Shown here in pieces: positions 57,132 to 64,000 of a stretch of 64,000 nt of DNA. Source of the DNA: Terriglobia bacterium (lineage in GTDB: Bacteria > Acidobacteriota > Terriglobia > 20CM-2-55-15). Both the position numbers and the translations under genes were made by a program. The stretch is from contig CAXWPJ010000010.1 in the NCBI GenBank assembly GCA_963664115.2, forward strand, positions 508,438 through 572,437, read 5' to 3'. The notes below the pieces were generated by a model. The model saw only the letters and a list, made by a program, of their open reading frames with translations, made no database searches and was not told the DNA's origin. The stretch's first letter is position 1. Each line of letters begins with the position of its first letter.

Positions 57132-58358
57132 CTAAGCGCTCTTGGCCTGAGCCTGGGCCGAATAGACCTTCGTTTCTGGAAAGTAATCGGCCCACGGGAA
57201 CCAGAAAAGTTTGTTGAAATGCGGGATGGCCCTCAACCAGCATCCTTCGTAGGCGCCCGATACACAGCGGCCGTGGGGCGAGAACCTTGAACCTGTTTCC
57301 TCGTCTACGAAGCCTTCACCATTATCGGCGTTCTTGAACGTCAGAGTCGTGCCGTCCAAATCGCGATCGAAGACCTGGATGTAGTCTCCATCGAAAGCCG
57401 AGGCGATGAGTACCGCTGTTCCCCCAATGGTGTCGTTGATGATCTGGCGGTGTTCGAACACAGGTACCGGATAAGCCTTGGAGGCCTCGCCCACCCGCAC
57501 GCCGATCACCAGCGACTTCAACCCCAGGCGTGCGTCATGGGGGCGTTGCAGGGGATACAGCAACTTGGGACTTGCCGGATTGATCATCTCCCCGCGCGAC
57601 AGGGCCTTGAGAAAGAAAGCATCCCGCCATGTAAATGGACGGATGCCGACCCTGGACTCGGGGTAAAGTGCCTGCCAGGAACTCAAACTTGTCGCCACGG
57701 TCGGAAGTGCAACCGGGGCCAGTGCGTCGTCGGGTGACCGGCTCTGGATCTGGCTGATCGTACAGTCGTTTTTGCTGTCATAGATCACCAGGTTGTTGGC
57801 GAGTGCGGCCGCGACCGAAAACTCAGGTTGATGGAACTTTCCCTCGGCAGCGTATGCCATGGAACTGTGCGAGAGGATGCAATGCGTCATCACGAATGGG
57901 GTGTCCCCGTCGGGTTGATGCAAGATGTGTGGACGCCGCGCCAGGCGAGTAATGATCGCGAACGGTTGTCCCCCGCCGTCGGTCACGCCGATGATCTCCT
58001 CGTCAGGGCCGAATTTCTGAATGGCCGCATCCATGGAGATGAATACTGGCTTTTTAATCGGTTTGAACATCAGGCTGGTATGCATCACGAAGCCGAAGCC
58101 GAGTATTCCCAGGTAGGCCGCTGTGGCAAACATTGTCAGAGTCGAAAATCCGTCTACCGAGGAGGCTTGACGGACTCCAAGAGTCAGAACAACAGCCGAA
58201 CCGATGAGAATCTCACCAATTCGGCCATAGATAAAGCGGGCACCGCCCGAGCCTGCCGCCAGGTCATTGGTCAACGCGAGCACGCCCAGGGAACCGGGCA
58301 TCACAGCCAGTGCGCACAGTGCCGTGGCTGCAATGAATAACCACTCTGCCAACGTCAT
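57132..58358 (-). CDS. DUF3179-like protein with N-terminal membrane helices
   Basis: THCILSHS, NNLVIYD, WQALYP, KAYP, INDTIGG, DEETGS, FWFPWADYFPET; GGAGG SD. Confidence 0.78.
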   Translation of the reverse strand: MTLAEWLFIAATALCALAVMPGSLGVLALTNDLAAGSGGARFIYGRIGEILIGSAVVLTLGVRQASSVDGFSTLTMFATAAYLGILGFGFVMHTSLMFKPIKKPVFISMDAAIQKFGPDEEIIGVTDGGGQPFAIITRLARRPHILHQPDGDTPFVMTHCILSHSSMAYAAEGKFHQPEFSVAAALANNLVIYDSKNDCTISQIQSRSPDDALAPVALPTVATSLSSWQALYPESRVGIRPFTWRDAFFLKALSRGEMINPASPKLLYPLQRPHDARLGLKSLVIGVRVGEASKAYPVPVFEHRQIINDTIGGTAVLIASAFDGDYIQVFDRDLDGTTLTFKNADNGEGFVDEETGSRFSPHGRCVSGAYEGCWLRAIPHFNKLFWFPWADYFPETKVYSAQAQAKSA

Positions 58359-58530
58359 TGATATCCTCCGCTCGAATTCACAGATGATAAAGAGGCGCGT
58401 CAACTGAGGTCAATCGATCTCTCGCTGTGAACCCGCTAAGTCTACCCGACGATAAACGAAATCTCTGTCGGTGCAGTCGACGATAGTCTCAACGGGTGGA
58501 AAATGGTTTCTGGAAATCGACAACTCCGGG

Positions 58531-59253
58531 TTAAACGAAGAACGTAATCGAGGAGAGTAGTGTCAGCACGATGATCATTGTTTCGAAAACGCGTTGTGGG
58601 ATGCGATGGACGATCCAGACGCCGAGTACATTGCCCACAAGAATGATGGGCACCATCATAAAATCGAAGACGAATCCTTCACGGCTGTACAGATCGTGCC
58701 AGACGTAGATCGGCACTTTGGCCAGGTTCACCACGAGGAAGAACCACGCCGCTGTCGCTACGAATTTTTCTTTTTTGAAGCCCCGGCTCAGCAGGTACAT
58801 GTTCATTACCGGACCGGCGTAGTTTGCGATCGTGGTAGCGAAGCCCGCGGTGATTCCAAAGAAAGATTGGTGGCCGACGGCTTGAACCTTTTTACTGCGC
58901 CTGAACAGGATCAGAACCACCATCAGCAGAACGATGCATCCAATAATCGGTCTCACGACGTTTTCAGGAAGAACCAGCGCGGCGGCGCCGCCGGCCATGC
59001 CGATTGCGACCCACGGTATGAGCGAGATCAGCTTTCCAACATCGGCTTTCCGGTGCCAGTAAGCGACCGCGTAGATGTCGCCTACTGAGAGCATCGTCAC
59101 CGTCCATGCCGCTGAGATGCGTGCATCACCCACGGTCAGGACCATCAGGGGCACGATCAGGGGGCCTGCAACGGGAAAGCCGCTCTTGGCCAGACCGACC
59201 ATGAGGGCGGCGGTGCCGCCCAGCAACCATTGCCAAAGTTCGAAATCAGGCAA
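58531..59253 (-). CDS. Sulfite exporter TauE/SafE-family membrane protein
   Basis: GLAKSG, AGFATTIANYAGP, FFLVVNLAKVP; about 8 TM helices. Confidence 0.85.
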   Translation of the reverse strand: MPDFELWQWLLGGTAALMVGLAKSGFPVAGPLIVPLMVLTVGDARISAAWTVTMLSVGDIYAVAYWHRKADVGKLISLIPWVAIGMAGGAAALVLPENVVRPIIGCIVLLMVVLILFRRSKKVQAVGHQSFFGITAGFATTIANYAGPVMNMYLLSRGFKKEKFVATAAWFFLVVNLAKVPIYVWHDLYSREGFVFDFMMVPIILVGNVLGVWIVHRIPQRVFETMIIVLTLLSSITFFV

Positions 59254-59589
59254 CTACTTAATTTCCACCACGTCCGCCGGTAAAAGGGCTGAGGAACGAT
59301 TGGTAAGGATTTGCATTGTTACAGTAACTTCAGAAAACATCGCTGATCCCGGATACCGTCGAATGATAGATCGAAAGTGAGGCGACAACTCTTTGAGGCA
59401 TCGCTACCAGCGGGCTCGCCATTTCGCCCGTCTCATTCTCGCATGTGCGTCCGGTCATGCCCAGAACAGCGGCGAGGGGTCCGGAGCTGTCGAAGTTCGA
59501 CGCTTCCAGGCGGCGATTCCGCGCTTCGCGACGTTGGCGCTCCAGGTCAGCTTCTGACGATTCGTGAGAGTTGCCGCCGGCAGAGAAAC

Positions 59590-59617
59590 AGCCCCGATGG
59601 TATTCGCGATCGGGGCT
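59590..59617 (-). terminator. Terminator hairpin after the Tat protein gene
   Basis: AGCCCCGAT...ATCGGGGCT followed by GTTTCTCT on the minus strand. Confidence 0.65.
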
Positions 59618-59622
59618 TTCAG

Positions 59623-60339
59623 TTACGCAGAAGCGACAAAAGAGAACGTGTATCCACGTTCCTGTGCGCGATTGACCGCGACGATGCCTGCCGGGACGAG
59701 ATGGGAGTTATCGACGAGGTTCTGCGTAAACTCCTCGAAAATACTGTCGGCATCGCCTCCCATCGCCCGGGCCACTCTCCCCGCAGCGCCACGCGCGGCT
59801 ATTTCGCATACTGCAAGTCGCAAACCTTTTTCAAGCAGGCTCTCCAGCATTAACCCCCGGTTGGGCAACTCGTCCCCGTAGCCGGCAGTGTTGAACAGGT
59901 TAACAGTGGGTGGCGCGTTCGTTTTAGGATCGATAATGTTTTCGCGATCGGACAGCGGCCCACCGTACTTTTCCCACATGGCGTCGTTGAAAGCGAACGG
60001 CGTGGAATTATGACGGGCGACTATGATCACGGCGAGATCGTTGTTCTCCAGGCCGTAGGCGTCGTTGTTCACCCGCATATAATTGTTCGCGAAGCGCATC
60101 GCACCCCCGAATCCGGCAAAATCTGTATTGTCGAACATGAAGCGGTGAACGCCGGGGACGTCGTCCATCCAGTCGTCCTCGGAATGGCGGGCCGGTTTCC
60201 AGTTTTCGCCGCCGCCGGATTGCGCCTTGACCGCAGGGGTTCCCACCGCCAATACCCCTCCCAGAACGGTTGTTACGCCGCTCATACGTCTTAGAAACGA
60301 ACGCCGCTTGAGCAGTGATTGTAAATAGTTTTCTGTCAT
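59623..60339 (-). CDS. Tat-exported DsrE-like protein
   Basis: KRRSFL Tat motif; HRFMFD, LAVC, VPAGIVAVNRAQERGY. Confidence 0.75.
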   Translation of the reverse strand: MTENYLQSLLKRRSFLRRMSGVTTVLGGVLAVGTPAVKAQSGGGENWKPARHSEDDWMDDVPGVHRFMFDNTDFAGFGGAMRFANNYMRVNNDAYGLENNDLAVIIVARHNSTPFAFNDAMWEKYGGPLSDRENIIDPKTNAPPTVNLFNTAGYGDELPNRGLMLESLLEKGLRLAVCEIAARGAAGRVARAMGGDADSIFEEFTQNLVDNSHLVPAGIVAVNRAQERGYTFSFVASA

Positions 60340-60467
60340 GGTCCCTCGCTGATTACTATGTGGGTTTCCGGGCAAGTTTATGACACAAACCGTTCTTAAG
60401 CCAGGTGTTCGAGTTTCTTGTGAGAGAAGTCTTGACATGCTCGATTGGTTGCGGCATTTTTAGGACC

Positions 60468-61463
60468 ATGCTGAATTCACCAAACACAGCCGTTCCTTTG
60501 GCGGCTCGGTTCCCCTTGCTGGGGTGGGTTCTGCTGGCTACGCTAGCCGCTACGGGTTGTTCTCCAGACCCGCTCTCTCCCGAGCTCGGCAAGCTCACGG
60601 GTCCTCTGATCTCGTCTACGACGACGATGGTCACCGCTTGGGAGTATCCCAATGACCCTCTGACGGATCCCACGCTGGGCAATTCGCGGGTCGCGGACCA
60701 AATTCGTTTGGGGTTCCGTATCTTTACGAATACGCCGGCCGAAGCGGCGGAGTTCATGCATGGCCAGATGTCGTGCAACAACTGCCATATGAACGGTGGC
60801 CAGCGGGAACTCTCTCTTCCCCTGGTCGGTGTGGCGGCAATGTTTCCTGAATTCAACCGGCGCGCCGATCGCTTGTTCAGCCTTGAGGACAGGATCGTGG
60901 GCTGTTTCTACCGGAGCCAGAATGCTACGGGCATACTCGATCCGACGGTGACCGATTCGGCGAATCCGGATGATTATGCAGAAACGCTGCCGAGTCCGGA
61001 CTCCCCGGAAGTACTCGCACTTTCGGCCTACCTCCGATGGCTGTCCCGGGGATTCGAGCCCGGAGTGGCCGCACCCTGGCGCCGCAAGAACGTCATCGAT
61101 CCGGCGAACCGGATTCCGCTTGCGGAATTGGATACGGCTAGAGGCGAAGAACTCTACATGGAACACTGCACCAACTGCCATGGAGAGGAGGGCGAGGGCG
61201 TGCAGATCGGAACTAAGAAGGCCGGCCCCCACTGGGGACCGGATTCGTGGAACGATGGCGCCGGGGCCGCCCGCATCTACACGCTCGCCGGTATTATTCG
61301 CTATTCCATGCCCTACCTCGATCCCGGCCGTCTGACCGACGAAGAGGCACAGCTGTTGTCGATGTTCATCAATTCGAAACGGCGCCCCTCATATCCTTTC
61401 AAGGACCAGGATTATCTGGCCGTGGAGCTTCCCGTAGACAGTGTCTATTATCCAAAACCCTGA
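60468..61463 (+). CDS. Dihaem cytochrome c lipoprotein, thiosulfate dehydrogenase TsdA-like
   Basis: Lipobox ATGC; CNNCH and CTNCH; LEDRIVGCFYRS; WGPDSWNDGAG, SMP. Confidence 0.82.
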   Translation: MLNSPNTAVPLAARFPLLGWVLLATLAATGCSPDPLSPELGKLTGPLISSTTTMVTAWEYPNDPLTDPTLGNSRVADQIRLGFRIFTNTPAEAAEFMHGQMSCNNCHMNGGQRELSLPLVGVAAMFPEFNRRADRLFSLEDRIVGCFYRSQNATGILDPTVTDSANPDDYAETLPSPDSPEVLALSAYLRWLSRGFEPGVAAPWRRKNVIDPANRIPLAELDTARGEELYMEHCTNCHGEEGEGVQIGTKKAGPHWGPDSWNDGAGAARIYTLAGIIRYSMPYLDPGRLTDEEAQLLSMFINSKRRPSYPFKDQDYLAVELPVDSVYYPKP

Positions 61464-61475
61464 CGGAGGTCACAG

Positions 61476-61988
61476 ATGAAGCGAGTATTTATGGCGGCTA
61501 TTTTAGGGGTGTTTGCGTTTTCTACAATTGGGTTCGCCCAGGATTTGTCGATACGGAATTTTCTGCGCGTGAATACTGAATTCTGCACCGCGGGTCAGCC
61601 GACTGTGGAGGAGCTGTCGGACCTGAAGGCGGACGGAATCCGTGCCGTTTTGAACCTGAGAGTTCCCACCGAGCATGACGCGGCGGGGGAAGCAGCTGCA
61701 GTGCGTGAACTGGGCATGAACTACTTCAACATTCCGGTCGATGGCGCGAACATCGGCGACGGGCAGGTGGAGGAGTTTCTTTCATTGACGGATGACGAAA
61801 GTAACCAACCCATGTTCATCCACTGTGGGTCGGCCAACCGTGTCGGTGCATTTTGGATGATTCGCCGTGCGATCCGCGATGGCTGGAGCGTGAGTGATGC
61901 CGAAGCCGAGGCGGACGAGATTGGATTGACTTCCGCTGCACTGAAAGACTTTGCCCTTCAGTACATTGAGACCCACCGGGCCCCCTAG
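61476..61988 (+). CDS. Exported CX5R protein (DUF442-type sulfurtransferase/phosphatase fold)
   Basis: GGAGG SD; signal peptide; AGQP, VLNLR, HCGSANR. Confidence 0.85.
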   Translation: MKRVFMAAILGVFAFSTIGFAQDLSIRNFLRVNTEFCTAGQPTVEELSDLKADGIRAVLNLRVPTEHDAAGEAAAVRELGMNYFNIPVDGANIGDGQVEEFLSLTDDESNQPMFIHCGSANRVGAFWMIRRAIRDGWSVSDAEAEADEIGLTSAALKDFALQYIETHRAP

Positions 61989-61997
61989 CGACTGCAA

Positions 61998-62030
61998 AAA
62001 GAAGCCGCGCCAACAGGGCGCGGCTTCTTT
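61998..62030. terminator. Bidirectional terminator
   Basis: AAAGAAGCCGCGCC-N5-GGCGCGGCTTCTTT. Confidence 0.85.
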
Positions 62031-62062
62031 CTAGAGGCTTTCTGAATTTCAGTACACGGTGT

Positions 62063-63233
62063 CTAGGAAATCATCACGGTGCGCGGGAACTGCGCATTGT
62101 GTTCCAGGAACGTCATCTTGTTTTCGAGATCGGCCTCCATTGGCTGCACGTTTCCGTTCGCATCCGTTGCTCGTGAGACCAGAGTGTGTTCTCCCGCTGT
62201 GGCTGCGTCCCAGGAATAGTTGAACAGCTTCCAGGAATACTGCGTGTTGGAAGACTCGAGAGCCGCCAGTCTCCATGCGCCCCCGTCGATTTGAACTTCG
62301 ACTGATTCCAGCGGCGTGCCATCGTTTAAGGCGAATCCAAAGACCTCATGCCGGTTGCCGCTTTGGGTAACCCGGGCGATGACAGATTTCAGTTGCAAAC
62401 GGGAGACTTCGGTTTCCCTCCACTCCATTTCACCGTCGATCATCTCCCCCCTCAGGGTGCGGTACCATCGCGCCTGGAACTTGCCCAGGTAGCGCTCTTC
62501 CTGGATGTGGATGTTTCCGAGCCACTTCACGTTTGCGACGCCATACCAACCGGGCATGATCACCCGAAGGGGGGATCCCTGGTGACGCGTCAGCGGTTCA
62601 CCGTTCAGCGCGTAGGCCAGCAAGGGGCCGGGGCCCATAGCGTTGTCGATCGTAATGCTGCGGGCCGAACTGCTGTTCGACTGCAAAGTCCGTGCCGCGG
62701 AAATTCACTTGTTCCTCGCCGCGGTCGATTCCGAAAAAGACAACTTCCTTGCCGTTGGGGCCGACGCCGGCATCAGAGAGCAGATTGCGAAGAGATACGC
62801 CTCGCCACAAACCGTTTGAGGCCAGACCATGAATTCGGCGGCCGCTGTTGCCTGAGCATTCGTAGCCGGCCACGAGTTCGACCGAATCGCGGGCGCGAAG
62901 ATCGTCCAGCGACAACTCCATTTCTGTGTCGACGAGGCCGGTGATCTTCAGGCGATATGCGGCGGGGTCGATTTCAGGCTGGCCGTAGTGCTGTATTGCG
63001 AAGAACTGATCTGTCGGGGTGTACGGTCCGTCGATCGTCCGGATGTCGAGGACACGGACCTCGGCGTCCGGTCCCGAGGGAAAGACCATGTCCTCCGGAA
63101 TGTCCGTAAAAGGAACAATCGTTTCGTTCTGAGCCAGGGCCGGCAGGGCCCATTCGCCCAGGCCCACGGCCAGCAGACTGGCGGTGGCTATTCCTCCCTT
63201 CAGGAGTGCTCGACGGTCGATGTCTTTTGCCAT
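62063..63233 (-). pseudogene. Tat-exported sulfite-oxidase-family molybdoenzyme split by one extra base (real lesion or sequencing error)
   Basis: DRRALL Tat motif and ECSGN in frame 1; RSI, NGEPL..HQGSPLR..PGWYG.ANVKW in frame 2; junction TTCGGCCCGCAGC near 62663. Confidence 0.85.
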
Positions 63234-63576
63234 CTTCAAATCTCCTCTGCAAATATATAAATAACCTGCGTCATCCGGGGGCTCCGTCCACAATGCCGGG
63301 CACTGATCGATGGTTCCGGTGGCCTACCCCCGTCTCGCCTGCGAACCTCACGCCGTTGTCCCTGGCTTGGGTAATCCCATCCTTATATTACGCATCCGTC
63401 CGTGAGTAAATGATTTAACGGTTTCCCTCGTGCACTAGAAGTTAAAGAGGTTGGTCAACTTGAGGATTACGGCGCGCCCGGCCCAACCAGGAAACAGTCG
63501 CTTTGATATCTTTTTCAATCGGTCCATTTATCATGCTCCATTGTTCAGCTCTTCGCTTCTCCGCGCCCCAGGTTCC

Positions 63577-64000
63577 TCAGCCGTGTGTGCGTTCAAATTC
63601 GCCCATGAATGCCACCAGGCTGTCGACGCCTTCTTCCGGAAAGGCGTTGTAGATCGAAGCCCGTATGCCTCCAACTGACCGGTGGCCTTTGAGTCCGTCC
63701 ATTCCTGCTGCTGTGGCTTCTTCGAAGAATGTCTTTTCAAGTTCTTCTGTCGGGAGACGGAATGTGACGTTCATGAGGGACCGGCTTTCTCTGTCGGCGG
63801 TTCCTCTGTAAAACTCCGTTCGATCGATTGCGGCATACAGTTTGCTCGCTTTCCCTGCGTTGATCCGGGCAATACTGGAAAGACCGCCGAGTGACCGTAT
63901 CCACTTGATCGTCAATCCAAGGATATAGACACCAAAGGTATTGGGAGTGTTGTATAGCGAGTTGTTCTGTGCGTAGGTGCTGTAGTTCAGCATCGATCCC
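63577..64000 (-). CDS. serC: Phosphoserine aminotransferase, C-terminal part
   Basis: SLYNTP, RSLMNVTF, KGHRSVGGIRASIYNA. Confidence 0.95.
   Translation of the reverse strand, partial: GSMLNYSTYAQNNSLYNTPNTFGVYILGLTIKWIRSLGGLSSIARINAGKASKLYAAIDRTEFYRGTADRESRSLMNVTFRLPTEELEKTFFEEATAAGMDGLKGHRSVGGIRASIYNAFPEEGVDSLVAFMGEFERTHG

Noticed and set aside
1-64000. CRISPR array, prophage or recognisable defence system
   Set aside because: No regularly spaced repeats, cas genes, phage structural genes or known defence domains seen

Overview
64 kb of about 60% GC bacterial chromosome from a diderm organism. The gene content (DUF6152 paralogues, DUF1800/DUF1501, an RRM protein, M23 and secreted beta-proteins) suggests Acidobacteriota, but this is inference only. 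I found no rRNA, tRNA or CRISPR array. Housekeeping or metabolic genes are otsA (3' end), class I fumarase, pgi, trxA, nhaA, an M3 peptidase and serC (3' end). Accessory modules are: tcuAB-tctCBA tricarballylate use; a Fur-boxed porin/FMN-binding/membrane/ApbE flavinylation operon; a TonB-dependent receptor preceded by a His-rich RGPP leader; a sulfur cluster (TauE, Tat DsrE-like, TsdA-like, CX5R protein, frameshifted sulfite oxidase); three IS elements (IS256, IS5/IS1182-like, IS701) with visible ends; and several pseudogenes. The three most striking observations are: (1) a candidate metal-sensing ribosome-arrest leader whose RGPP codons can base-pair with the receptor's Shine-Dalgarno; (2) a periplasmic module, recurring at three loci, of N-terminal His-His DUF6152 proteins, a two-Cys partner family and MBL-fold proteins; (3) an 84-bp direct repeat resembling a recombination site that brackets three genes. 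All family assignments come from motifs recognised by eye, not from database searches.
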